Below, in pieces: positions 19,479 to 28,942 of a stretch of DNA of 61,157 nucleotides. A program made the translations under genes and the position numbers. Position 1 is the stretch's first letter. Every line of letters starts with the position of its first letter. Where the stretch lies: contig CAVRUV010000006.1 in assembly GCA_963724455.1 (NCBI GenBank), forward strand, positions 1 through 61,157. Reading direction: 5' to 3'. The DNA comes from an uncultured Candidatus Woesearchaeota archaeon (GTDB lineage Archaea; Nanobdellota; Nanobdellia; Woesearchaeales; UBA525). The notes beneath the pieces are model-generated. The model did no database searches. It was not told where the DNA came from and saw nothing but the letters and a program-made list of their open reading frames with translations.

Positions 19479-19892
19479 TTATTGCTGTTCTTCTTCCTCT
19501 TCATTATCAGAAGATTCAGAAGGGTCATCACCGAAGTCTTCAGAATCAAGCTCTTCATTTGATTTGAACTCTGGTTCTGGTGCTCTTTGCGGTCTTGATT
19601 CTACAGCGTCAGCAGTTGTTGTTGCTGGACCTAGAACTTGACCGAAACCGACTTTTGCAAGTACGCGTGTAATCTTAATGTGCACGCGTTCTCCGGCCTT
19701 GGTGTTTGGGATGAAGAGTACAAAGCCTTTCTGCTTAGCAATACCGTCGCCTTTTTCTCCGACAGCTTCGATTGTTACATCGATCTCTTCGCCTTCACGT
19801 ACAGGAGGCGTCATTTGCCTATCTGAATCTTGCCTATCGTTGTTTCCGCCGCGATTGCCACGGCCGCCTTCATAATTTCTTTCTCCGTACAT
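19479..19892 (-). CDS. TRAM-domain RNA-binding protein with acidic tail
   Basis: PPVREGEEIDVTIEAVGEKGDGIAK..GFVLFIP.T..GERV.I.IT.V; Gly/Arg-rich N-terminus. Confidence 0.9.
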   Translation of the reverse strand: MYGERNYEGGRGNRGGNNDRQDSDRQMTPPVREGEEIDVTIEAVGEKGDGIAKQKGFVLFIPNTKAGERVHIKITRVLAKVGFGQVLGPATTTADAVESRPQRAPEPEFKSNEELDSEDFGDDPSESSDNEEEEEQQ

Positions 19893-19904
19893 TTTGTAAC
19901 CTGG

Positions 19905-19932
19905 GCATTCCTGAACTTAAGCTCAAGAACGC
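19905..19932 (-). promoter_or_regulatory. 5' UTR hairpin of the TRAM gene
   Basis: mRNA strand GCGUUCUUGAGC-UUAA-GUUCAGGAAUGC: 12 bp including 3 G-U pairs, between TATATAA and the start codon. Confidence 0.55.
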
Positions 19933-20130
19933 AATACAAGGCTGGAGCCATCTCTTATATAGGTTTTGCCTAATTTTGGAGAAAATCATACCACAATTGT
20001 AGTTCTATAATATAACTCAAAACTTATGACTTAAAATTTCACCAAAACACCTTCAGATTGACTTCGAATTTGGATTAAATTAGGAGAGATTATCGAAAAC
20101 TAATTTAAACAAGGTACAACCCCTATATAC

Positions 20131-21288
20131 ATGGTAAATACAATCAAAAATCTGTTCTCAAATGGCACAATACGCCTAGCAATGCTTCCTGACGCTAACG
20201 ATTACTTACTACGTGATGATGTATTAAAGAAAATCGCACAAGGAGATCTAAAAAGAACAGAACTTAGTGGTGGAGTAAACGACCTTGATCTTACCAAAAT
20301 CGACAAGCTTGATGGTCTAGTTCTTACTCTTATAAAGAAAGATTATCCTGCAATCTCACCTAAGATGTGGAATGCCGTTTATCATGAAATAGAACAACAA
20401 CATGGAAAACACTTTCAACGAGTATTTGCTGTCGGACAACCAGATGAGCAGACCATTCGCGCATTCCTTGAAGCTGTGCGAGACGACCCAATATGTGTTG
20501 GTGGAGGAGCAGGCGCAGGATTCAAGGATAAAATAATTCCATTCTTTGCAGATTATGGTGCACTGCATCCATTGACAAAAAAAATCGGTGCTGCAAATGT
20601 AATACATAAAGAAAATGGAAAACTCGTTGGGTACAATAGCGATGGAGAAGGATTTGTTGATGGACTAATGACTCAGCTTTCTGAACATAAAAAGACTATT
20701 GCTGGATCTAAAATAGTAATTCTTGGCGCAGGAGGAACGAGTGCTGCAATAGCATTCACCTTGCTAGAATACAATCCTAGAGAAATACTCATAATAAATA
20801 GAACTGTAGAAAATGCAGAAAAAATTGTAGAAAGAATCAATGATTACTACACAACCAAAAAAGTACATGCCGTGGGAGAAGATGCTCTTAAAAATGCACT
20901 ATTTGATGCTGATGCAATAATCAATACTTCAGATAAAGGCGGTGAAGGATACCTATCAAAATATTCTGCATTTGGTCCAGTATCTACAGATGAGACTGGA
21001 CATATCGTTGAACAAAAATTCGAAAGTGATCTTGAAATCGCACTTGCAAATATGCACCATGTACAAAAAAGTGCTTTGATTGCCGATGTGAATCTGACAA
21101 AAGAACTCCCTACAACTCTACAATATGCAAAGGCTGCAGGATACAATAACTTGCAAGATGGATTAGAGATGGTTGCAAGGCAAGCAATAATACAATTCGA
21201 ACAAAGACATCCTGGTATGCTAGACGCTAAGACGGTAAAAGATATAATGTTCAAACAGGCCGGCATTTATGGAAGACACGACTCATAA
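20131..21288 (+). CDS. Shikimate dehydrogenase-like protein (divergent AroE family)
   Basis: IGAANVI, GYNSDGEGF, ILGAGGT, INRT, DGLEM..RQA; substrate-binding domain atypical. Confidence 0.75.
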   Translation: MVNTIKNLFSNGTIRLAMLPDANDYLLRDDVLKKIAQGDLKRTELSGGVNDLDLTKIDKLDGLVLTLIKKDYPAISPKMWNAVYHEIEQQHGKHFQRVFAVGQPDEQTIRAFLEAVRDDPICVGGGAGAGFKDKIIPFFADYGALHPLTKKIGAANVIHKENGKLVGYNSDGEGFVDGLMTQLSEHKKTIAGSKIVILGAGGTSAAIAFTLLEYNPREILIINRTVENAEKIVERINDYYTTKKVHAVGEDALKNALFDADAIINTSDKGGEGYLSKYSAFGPVSTDETGHIVEQKFESDLEIALANMHHVQKSALIADVNLTKELPTTLQYAKAAGYNNLQDGLEMVARQAIIQFEQRHPGMLDAKTVKDIMFKQAGIYGRHDS

Positions 21289-22204
21289 TCAAACTAATAA
21301 CCAAACCAGCCAAAATGAAAAAAACATTGTGCTTGTGGGGTTTGGCGGAGCTGGCAAGACAACAATCGGCAGATATCTTGCTACTCGTTTTGATAGAGAA
21401 TTTGCAGATGTAGATGAAGAGATAAGCAAAGTGCTTGGCTATCATCATGATCAATACATCAAGACACATGGTTGGGAAGCATTTCGCACTTTGGAACGCG
21501 AAGTTGTCCAACAACTTGCTCAAAGGAAGAATGTGGTAATTGCGTGTGGTGGTGGAACAGTAATTGATGATCGCAACATAAAAACATTCCATGATCATGA
21601 TGGAAAGATTTTCTTTATTGATGTTCCTTATGAAGAATTATTGCGACGTACAAGAAGTAGACTTGATAGGCCTGTAGCCAATGCTTGGAGTGATGAAGAA
21701 GTAAGTCATGCATATCACGAGAGACTTCCTGGATATTCTAAGGCCGATGCTAGCGTTTATGTTAATGGTTGCAATGTTGAAGAATCAGCAGATCGCGTAA
21801 TGGATGCAATATTTGCGCAGGGATTTGCTCAAATTCCTTATGAATTATGGTTTAGAAAACCTTACTTGCCATTACTAGAGCAACAAGCAATGACTACTGC
21901 AATACGCCCCGGGAATAGAAAAAGACCAAACCCGAAAGGAACAAGTGTTGGAGAAGATATCAAATTACGTTTACTTGATGAGGCTGGAAATGAATCATCA
22001 TTACCAAGATTCAATAGTTTTACTGCAAATGCCAGAATCACCTCTATTGATGTAAAAACGTTGGAAGAAATTACAGATGAGGATCTTGTTGGTACAAGCC
22101 CCGATGCTAGCAGAAAAGAATTACTACCATATCACTTAGGACTCATCTATAATAGGGCTCTTAGTAAAAAAGAACTTGTTTCTGTTATCAAATTCTCATA
22201 TTAG
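21269..22204 (+). CDS. Shikimate kinase-like P-loop kinase fused to an ASCH/PUA-like domain
   Basis: GFGGAGKTT, D.D, GWEAFRTLE, VIACGGG, RP; C-terminal TTAIRPG...ITSIDVKTLEEITDED...VSVIKF. Confidence 0.78.
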   Translation: MEDTTHNQTNNQTSQNEKNIVLVGFGGAGKTTIGRYLATRFDREFADVDEEISKVLGYHHDQYIKTHGWEAFRTLEREVVQQLAQRKNVVIACGGGTVIDDRNIKTFHDHDGKIFFIDVPYEELLRRTRSRLDRPVANAWSDEEVSHAYHERLPGYSKADASVYVNGCNVEESADRVMDAIFAQGFAQIPYELWFRKPYLPLLEQQAMTTAIRPGNRKRPNPKGTSVGEDIKLRLLDEAGNESSLPRFNSFTANARITSIDVKTLEEITDEDLVGTSPDASRKELLPYHLGLIYNRALSKKELVSVIKFSY

Positions 22205-22261
22205 CCTAAATCACTAAATTCCGACTAAACTTTTTTAAATAGAATACTCTAGAGAACATAT

Positions 22262-23062
22262 ATGTCTAATACAGTATACAATGCAAAGCAGTATGTTACA
22301 TTCTCGGCAAATGAATTTATTGCGATGATGGTAACTGCTTTTTTTGCTTCATTTGCATTAACATTCAATGATTGGGGAGATACAGTCTTTGATGCGGGTT
22401 CTGGAGTGCGAGCTTTAGCACTCATGTTCATGGCCACTCTCACCATACTTATCATAACAATATGGATTTGCAAGATTGTAGCCATACGTTATGGGTATAA
22501 GGTGCACTACAAAGCACATTATTTTGGTTTATTCATTGGTGTTTATGTCACAATACTTAGCAAAGGATACTTGCCAATGTTTTTACCTGGAGGATTCAGC
22601 CTTGAACAACCAGAGCGCTTACGTCTTGGAAAATTCCACGGATTTTACAAAGGATGGGAGATTGGAGTTGTTGCTGCAACATTCCCTCTAGCTATATTAT
22701 TATGGACATTATTATTCAGCCCATTATATCTAGCAACAGGATCTGTATTCTATTTGCATCTTATCGTAGCAGTATGCCTATTTGCAATATATGCCTGCAT
22801 TCCTATACCATTTATTGAGAAAAGCACGAAAGGCCGCGCATTCGATATTTTCAAGTATTTCAGAGGAGCATCATTCGGTCTTGAAGTGTTCTTATCTAGT
22901 GGCACGTGGTATATTATCATGACTGCAACAGTACTCATCTTTGCAGCACTTAGCTATTTACTTACAGTCCTTTCTGTACAAATAGGCATAATCCTCTATG
23001 TTATATCATTATTATTGGGCATGCTTTGCTTATGGGTATATAACCAATTCTTCAAGCATTAA
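22262..23062 (+). CDS. Multi-pass membrane protein
   Basis: Several hydrophobic segments; 266 aa. Confidence 0.75.
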   Translation: MSNTVYNAKQYVTFSANEFIAMMVTAFFASFALTFNDWGDTVFDAGSGVRALALMFMATLTILIITIWICKIVAIRYGYKVHYKAHYFGLFIGVYVTILSKGYLPMFLPGGFSLEQPERLRLGKFHGFYKGWEIGVVAATFPLAILLWTLLFSPLYLATGSVFYLHLIVAVCLFAIYACIPIPFIEKSTKGRAFDIFKYFRGASFGLEVFLSSGTWYIIMTATVLIFAALSYLLTVLSVQIGIILYVISLLLGMLCLWVYNQFFKH

Positions 23063-23124
23063 TTACGATATTAAAATAATATTAAACTTCAAAATATTTA
23101 CAGGAGCCATGCAAGTTATATTTC

Positions 23125-23391
23125 TTAGAAGAAAGATATTATTCCCTTAAACCCAAGATAAACCGCTATTGCAAGAGCAAGGGTTGGCATGCTTGCCCAA
23201 AAAAGAATAAAGAGCATTATGCCGCAAATAATATCGAGCCAACTTACAACATCGTCATAGAATACTATTCCTTTTAGAATAAGACCCAGTGCTGAAGCTG
23301 CCTGCAAAGAATAGAGGGGAAACCCTAATGCAATCCCTGCGGCAGATATTGCGCCTAACATATCTATTAGTGCTAAAATCCATATAAGCAT
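23125..23391 (-). CDS. Small membrane protein
   Basis: 88-aa almost entirely hydrophobic ORF with an upstream TATA. Confidence 0.65.
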   Translation of the reverse strand: MLIWILALIDMLGAISAAGIALGFPLYSLQAASALGLILKGIVFYDDVVSWLDIICGIMLFILFWASMPTLALAIAVYLGFKGIISFF

Positions 23392-23494
23392 AGATATTTT
23401 GAACCTTTAGCCATTATATAATATTGTGGTCGAGAATGGTAAATGTATGACTAAAGACTCGTCGGAGTTAATATTTTTCCATATAGTAATTATT

Positions 23495-23599
23495 TTTCTC
23501 GACAATCAATCCGTCGAGAAATTCGAAAGGTTTAAAAGCAAATATTACCGGGAGTAGTATTGTCGAGGGGAACATATCCTCACGACTAACACCGTGAGG
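23495..23599 (+). promoter_or_regulatory. Operator-like inverted repeat, BRE/TATA and structured 5' UTR
   Basis: TTTCTCGAC-N9-GTCGAGAAA (23495-23521), CGAAAGG-TTTAAAA (23524-23537), CCTCACG-N8-CGTGAGG hairpin covering the SD. Confidence 0.55.
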
Positions 23600-23607
23600 T
23601 TGAAATT

Positions 23608-23835
23608 ATGGCACAAAAAGTACAAAAAGTAGGAGTAAAGAAGGACAAAGGTTTCCTATACTTCATCGACAAGGTTGGAGACGTTAGCAGAGCAAAGATG
23701 GCACGTGGTGGCAAGAAAGGCGGAAAGCAAGAGAAAGTCACTAAAGTCGGCATCAAGAAAGAGAAGGGATTCCTATACTTCCTTGACAAGCAAGGCGACG
23801 TATCACGTGCAAAGATGGCACGCGGCCGCAAGTAA
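23608..23835 (+). CDS. Small, very basic two-repeat protein (candidate nucleic-acid-binding protein)
   Basis: Two 31-aa repeats identical at 26 positions; 18 Lys + 5 Arg in 75 aa; GAGGT SD. Confidence 0.85.
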   Translation: MAQKVQKVGVKKDKGFLYFIDKVGDVSRAKMARGGKKGGKQEKVTKVGIKKEKGFLYFLDKQGDVSRAKMARGRK

Positions 23836-23845
23836 GCTCGTAACC

Positions 23846-23879
23846 TACTCGCAACTCTCGCTTCTGCGAAACGCGAGTA
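23846..23879 (+). terminator. Hairpin downstream of the small basic protein
   Basis: TACTCGC...TCGC-TTCT-GCGA...GCGAGTA followed by T-rich sequence. Confidence 0.4.
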
Positions 23880-23980
23880 AGTTTAACTTACATTGTTTCC
23901 TTCTTTTCATTCTTATTTTCATTTCTTCTAACAAATTGATTATTGACAACACAAGATTTATCTATTAGATTAAAGTAGTT

Positions 23981-24328
23981 ATGAAAATGGAAAAGCACAG
24001 CGGTAAAGGAACTGGACTTAGAACGCAGATGATGATCAGTTTTATCGTAGCTCTTGTATTATTTATCATTTTAGTTGCTGACCTAATTTATCTCATACCA
24101 AAGATTATTGACAATTCATTCTCACTAATATCGAGCAAGATATTCATCTGGCTTGCAATAATATGGTTGCTAATAGTATTCTATAACTTTATCATCGATA
24201 TACTGTATATGAGAAAATACAAAGAAAAAACTCTTGCCGTATTTGGTTTTGTTTTATCTATTATTGTTCTTTCAATCCTGATATTGATATTCATTCTTAG
24301 TCTAATTTTTAGCGCCATTGCAAAATAA
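23981..24328 (+). CDS. Three-TM membrane protein
   Basis: Three hydrophobic helices. Confidence 0.65.
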   Translation: MKMEKHSGKGTGLRTQMMISFIVALVLFIILVADLIYLIPKIIDNSFSLISSKIFIWLAIIWLLIVFYNFIIDILYMRKYKEKTLAVFGFVLSIIVLSILILIFILSLIFSAIAK

Positions 24329-24366
24329 GCAACATTCTACATACCTTTTTTATACCTCACATTATT

Positions 24367-25134
24367 TTGTATGATGTGGCTGAACTAAAAAAATTAGAAG
24401 ATCATCATGAAATGCATGCTGAACATCATGAGCTTATAATTCCTAAAGCAACCATCCATATCGTCGGAACAAGCCATATTGCTGAAGCTTCAGCAAAGCA
24501 TATTCGAGATTCGGCTGAATCCATAAATCCTGATATTATAGCAATTGAACTAGATAAAAACAGATTGCAAGCGCTAAAAGATAAGGCCGCGGGTAAGAAA
24601 GACGAACGCCTTCCATTATCGATGATAAAGCAAATTGGCGTTACAGGATATATGTTTGCAGTACTAGGACGTGCTCTGCAAAAAAAACTTGGTGGAATGG
24701 TAAAAGTCGAACCCGGTATCGATATGCTCGAAGGCGTTAAGATTGCAGAAGAAAAAAACCTGAAACTTGCTCTTGTCGATCAAGATATTGCCATTACTCT
24801 TAGAAGATTGTCGCAAGAATTCACATTCAAGGAAAAAATGCGAGTGGTTTGGGATGTTATAAGTGCTCCATTCTCAAAAAAGAAATACGCTTTTGATATG
24901 AGTAAAGTTCCCGATGACAAAATGATTGAGTTCTTGCTGGACCTTATGAAAAAACGTTATCCAAATTTGCATAAAGTCCTTGTTGAAGAAAGAAACATTG
25001 TAATGGCGCGAAACATAGATTCTCTTGTACGTAAAAACCCTGGAAAGAAAATATTACTAATCATAGGAGCTGGACACGGAGAAGACCTTCGTGCAAGACT
25101 ACGACACATCTCGCATTTGGCGACGATTGAATGA
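24367..25134 (+). CDS. TraB/GumN family protein; start uncertain
   Basis: IVGTSHI, PD.IAIELD..R, PGIDM, LVDQDI.ITL, LVEERN..MA, IIGAGH. Confidence 0.88.
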   Translation: MYDVAELKKLEDHHEMHAEHHELIIPKATIHIVGTSHIAEASAKHIRDSAESINPDIIAIELDKNRLQALKDKAAGKKDERLPLSMIKQIGVTGYMFAVLGRALQKKLGGMVKVEPGIDMLEGVKIAEEKNLKLALVDQDIAITLRRLSQEFTFKEKMRVVWDVISAPFSKKKYAFDMSKVPDDKMIEFLLDLMKKRYPNLHKVLVEERNIVMARNIDSLVRKNPGKKILLIIGAGHGEDLRARLRHISHLATIE

Positions 25135-25251
25135 ATGCGTAATATCTTCTGCAATAACTCCAATCCTAGTTGCATTCTTGCGAAATGATTTATATACGTC
25201 TTACTTCTTATTATCTATATGAAAACAAATAAAGCACAAAAAGGTGAAACT

Positions 25252-25998
25252 ATGGACCTAAACAAGGGATTATTAGGATTATTATTCTTGGCAGTCTTTA
25301 GTGTAATGGTTGTTGCAATCGTTGCAGTAGATAATGCTCATGAAAAACAAAACCAACAACAAAATTCGTTATCTGTTTCTGGAACGCAGGTTCTAGAAGT
25401 TGCTCCGGATGAAGCAGTAATTATGCTATCTGTTGATACTAGAGGAAAAGATGCTGCCACAGTAAGTGCAGAAAATAAAGCAATTATGCAAAAAGTAAAT
25501 GCTGCATTAGCTGCTCAAGGCCTTACAAAAGACCAGATTGAAACAACCGGATTCACATTACAAAGATGGGTAGAATGGAACGGCAAAGATCAAGTAAATG
25601 AGGATAAAGGCTACTTGCAACAAAATACAATTAAGGTTACAACAGATAATCTTGATAAAGTTGGTGCAATCTTAGACGCTGCAGTACTTGCTGGAGCTAA
25701 CAATGTACAAGATGTTAACTTCAAATTAAAAACAGCAACAGAAGAGCAGTACAAAAAACAAGCTTTGATTCAAGCAACTGCAATTGCAAAATCAAAAGCA
25801 GAAACACTAGCTAAAGCAGCTGATACAAGACTTGGAAAAGTCACATCAATTAGCGAATCAGGAGGATACCAACCATGGTATTACAACTCCAAAATGGACG
25901 CCGGCTTAGCAAATGTTGCAGGATCAACTCCGATTAGTCCACAAAAAGTATCATTAAGCATGACTGTTAGCATGACATATGATCTTGGACGAGACTGA
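25252..25998 (+). CDS. SIMPL domain (DUF541) protein
   Basis: Signal/TM, LSVSG..VAPDEA, LDAAV.AGAN, AKSKAETLA...LGKV.SISE; GGTGA SD before this ATG. Confidence 0.9.
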   Translation: MDLNKGLLGLLFLAVFSVMVVAIVAVDNAHEKQNQQQNSLSVSGTQVLEVAPDEAVIMLSVDTRGKDAATVSAENKAIMQKVNAALAAQGLTKDQIETTGFTLQRWVEWNGKDQVNEDKGYLQQNTIKVTTDNLDKVGAILDAAVLAGANNVQDVNFKLKTATEEQYKKQALIQATAIAKSKAETLAKAADTRLGKVTSISESGGYQPWYYNSKMDAGLANVAGSTPISPQKVSLSMTVSMTYDLGRD

Positions 25999-26137
25999 AG
26001 AGATTAATTAACTAAGAATTCTTTTTTTAATTTATTTTTTTAATTATTGTTTTTATTAGATTATTATTCTTATTAAATCCACACCAATACATATATAAAT
26101 TTCTACCACATAATCATATCAATTAGGGGGTTGATTT

Positions 26138-26887
26138 ATGGCAATTGAGGTTTATGTCGGAGTTATAGTTGCATTATACATATTCGCAAGTCTTCGAGTA
26201 ATAAAACAATACGAAACTGGTGTTGTATTTACTCTTGGAAAATATACAGGCACCAGAGAAGCGGGTCTGAGATTAGTTTTTCCAATCTTTCAAAATATGA
26301 CTAGAGTTGATATGCGTATTCGCACAATAGATATTCCAAAGCAGCAGATGATGACAGAAGACAACGTTCCTGTTAGTGTCAATGGAGTTATTTATTTCAA
26401 AGTAAAGGATGCAAATACTGCTGTAATCAAAGTGCAAGATTATGAGTATGCAATAACAAACTATGCTGAAACCGCTTTACGTGATGTTATCGGTGGAATG
26501 TCATTAGATTCTGTTCTTGCAGAACGAGAAAAGATTGGCGAGAAGATAGGTTCTAATGTTAAGAAAGAAACTAGTGGTTGGGGACTAGATGTTCATCATA
26601 TTAAACTGCAAGATGTAGAAGTTCCTGACGACCTAAAGCGCATAATGAGCAGACAAGCAGGAGCAGAACGTGAAAAAAGAGCAACCGTAATTAAAGCAGA
26701 AGGAGATATGATGGCAGCAAAGAGCTTAGAAAAGGCTGCAGAGATCATGAATAAGCAAAGAGGTGCAATGCAGCTAAGAACTTTGCAAACAATTGATGGT
26801 CTTGGACCTTCAGCATCTAATACTGTAATTGTTGTTCCTGTAGAACTTGCAGAAATGATGGGCGCAATGGTTAAATTGAAGAAATGA
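26138..26887 (+). CDS. SPFH/stomatin (band 7) family protein
   Basis: YETGVVFTLG, VDMRIRTIDIPKQ, TALRDVIG, QAGAEREKRA, AMQLRTLQT. Confidence 0.93.
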   Translation: MAIEVYVGVIVALYIFASLRVIKQYETGVVFTLGKYTGTREAGLRLVFPIFQNMTRVDMRIRTIDIPKQQMMTEDNVPVSVNGVIYFKVKDANTAVIKVQDYEYAITNYAETALRDVIGGMSLDSVLAEREKIGEKIGSNVKKETSGWGLDVHHIKLQDVEVPDDLKRIMSRQAGAEREKRATVIKAEGDMMAAKSLEKAAEIMNKQRGAMQLRTLQTIDGLGPSASNTVIVVPVELAEMMGAMVKLKK

Positions 26888-26932
26888 TTTTTTTATAAAT
26901 TATTTTTTAATTTCTTTTTCTATTCTTTCTAA

Positions 26933-27262
26933 TTATTTTGCTTCATACATTTTTAATATTTGCTCTCGTTTTTCTTTATATTCATCTAAATCTATTTTCC
27001 ATCTATTAAGAAAATCTAATCTATAATCTGCGCGCTCAACATCATTAAGAAAATCATTTTCTAAATTTCCATTACGAAAGACAAAACCTTTACGTTCTCT
27101 ATTATATATGCTTGCGGCAGAATCAAAATAATTAAACAACATATTTATTGGTCTAGATACAACTAATTCTAGTACAATGGGTTCCGGCACAAATCCTTTA
27201 AAACTCAATGCAATAGGTACTTTTTGTTTTGGAACAAGAACCGCTTCTAAATTGTTTGCCAT
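26933..27262 (-). CDS. Hypothetical protein
   Basis: 109-aa ATG ORF with an upstream TATA. Confidence 0.55.
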   Translation of the reverse strand: MANNLEAVLVPKQKVPIALSFKGFVPEPIVLELVVSRPINMLFNYFDSAASIYNRERKGFVFRNGNLENDFLNDVERADYRLDFLNRWKIDLDEYKEKREQILKMYEAK

Positions 27263-27310
27263 AAAAAAATAATACCGAGAATGTATATTATAAACTCTTT
27301 GATTATCAGT

Positions 27311-27571
27311 TCATCTCTTATACGCCGGTTCTAAAATGGCGACTTCTAAACCTGAGGGTTTGGGATTCGATAAAGTACAATTATCATCATTGCTAACAAC
27401 ATACTGACTTTCATATACAACTCTGTGAGTATTCTGTTTTGCTGCGCCAATAAAAATTGTTGTCACTATGCTTACAGCCATTGCTCCCACAATAAGTTTA
27501 TTGTAAAAGTCTTTTTGCGCAGTTTTTGGACCATTTTGTAATGTGTAATCATATGCTATTTTACTGACCAT
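27311..27571 (-). CDS. Hypothetical single-TM protein
   Basis: 86-aa ORF with a GAAGGTG SD-like site and one hydrophobic segment. Confidence 0.55.
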   Translation of the reverse strand: MVSKIAYDYTLQNGPKTAQKDFYNKLIVGAMAVSIVTTIFIGAAKQNTHRVVYESQYVVSNDDNCTLSNPKPSGLEVAILEPAYKR

Positions 27572-27659
27572 AAAAACACCTTCAATATTTATTATACTAT
27601 AACTTGATAATGTGCTATAACTTAATAATATGATTTGGAAATTTCATTTATAATAATTG

Positions 27660-28832
27660 TTATTGCGTTTTCAATTTTATTTTGCTCTTTCGTTTGGCTT
27701 TATCGGCATACATTCCAAGATCTGATTGTTTTATGAAAAAATCAATATCTTCTGTTGCATTAGGCTCTCGTAGTGCGAATCCGGCAGAAAATTCTATATT
27801 ATACTTTATATCGCGGTTATTGAATCTGTTATAAAGCTGCAATTTCTGCCTTATTCTATCTATAACTTTTTTACGAGTCCTCATGTCTGCGCCTGGAAGT
27901 AATATTAGAAATTCGTCTCCGCCAAATCTTATTGCATAATCACATTCTTTTAATTCGGAACTAAACTGGTGCCCAAAAGTTGCTAAAACCTTATCCCCCC
28001 TGTCATGCCCCCAAGTGTCGTTTAATGGTTTGAAATTATCAAGATCCATTTGGATAATTCCTAAATTTTGGTTATTCGCCTGACAAGAAGATACTATCTC
28101 TTCAATATTCCTATTATAAAATCCTCTGCTGTATAGGCCGGTTAAAGAATCTCTATCACCAAACTCTTTGAGCTGTTTTTCTAGTTCTTTGCGAACAGTA
28201 ATGTCCTGCATGATTCCTTCATAGAACAGAACATTTCCTGTAGCATCTCTTACTACTCTTGCGCTTTCGGAAACCCATATTTTTGAACCGTCTTTTCTTT
28301 GCAAATGCAATTCTAAACCATGAACGCTTCCTTTCTCGTTAAGAATGCTTAAGAAATTCTTTCGTGCATCAGGATCTGCATATGTATTAGCTACTGACAA
28401 TAGTTTTTCTTTTAGATCCTCGATAGAGTCATAGCCTAGCATTTGTGCCAGTGCGGGATTTGCAAGCAACAGTTCTCCTGTTGAAGAGGTCTGATATATC
28501 CCGCCGTTAGTCTCTTCGAATAATGTTTTGTATTTTTGTTTAGAAGCTAGTAGTTTTTCATGTTTCTGCTTATTTTTCAAATCATTATATGCGCCGTATA
28601 ATCCAACTCCTGCAATTATTGCTTCACTTATTGCGAGTTGTACAAAATCTCCCGCAGTACTAAAAGATGTTTCGTGTGTTCCATGCATTTTGTTTGAAAC
28701 GTAAGTATTGGCGTATTCTGCAAATATTGGTGAAGCGAGTAATGGTGCTGCGAATTTCCAAGAAATATTCTCATATGCTTTACCAACTACTTCGGATAAT
28801 TCGCCTACTTTCGTCTGAAGTTTGTTCATCAT
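27660..28832 (-). CDS. Membrane PAS-GGDEF diguanylate cyclase
   Basis: PAS/PAC (ANPALAQMLGY, RKDGSKIWV, YEGIMQDITVRK), DSLTGLY, DLDNFKPLNDTWGH..GD, RFGGDEF. Confidence 0.92.
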   Translation of the reverse strand: MMNKLQTKVGELSEVVGKAYENISWKFAAPLLASPIFAEYANTYVSNKMHGTHETSFSTAGDFVQLAISEAIIAGVGLYGAYNDLKNKQKHEKLLASKQKYKTLFEETNGGIYQTSSTGELLLANPALAQMLGYDSIEDLKEKLLSVANTYADPDARKNFLSILNEKGSVHGLELHLQRKDGSKIWVSESARVVRDATGNVLFYEGIMQDITVRKELEKQLKEFGDRDSLTGLYSRGFYNRNIEEIVSSCQANNQNLGIIQMDLDNFKPLNDTWGHDRGDKVLATFGHQFSSELKECDYAIRFGGDEFLILLPGADMRTRKKVIDRIRQKLQLYNRFNNRDIKYNIEFSAGFALREPNATEDIDFFIKQSDLGMYADKAKRKSKIKLKTQ

Positions 28833-28942
28833 ACTAACTCTGAGGAAGAGATGAACCAAGGAGCATTTATATATGTTACTACTCTAGAAGGGTATTTTTA
28901 TTAATAAATAGAAATTAAAAAAATAAAGAAAGAAATTGATAT

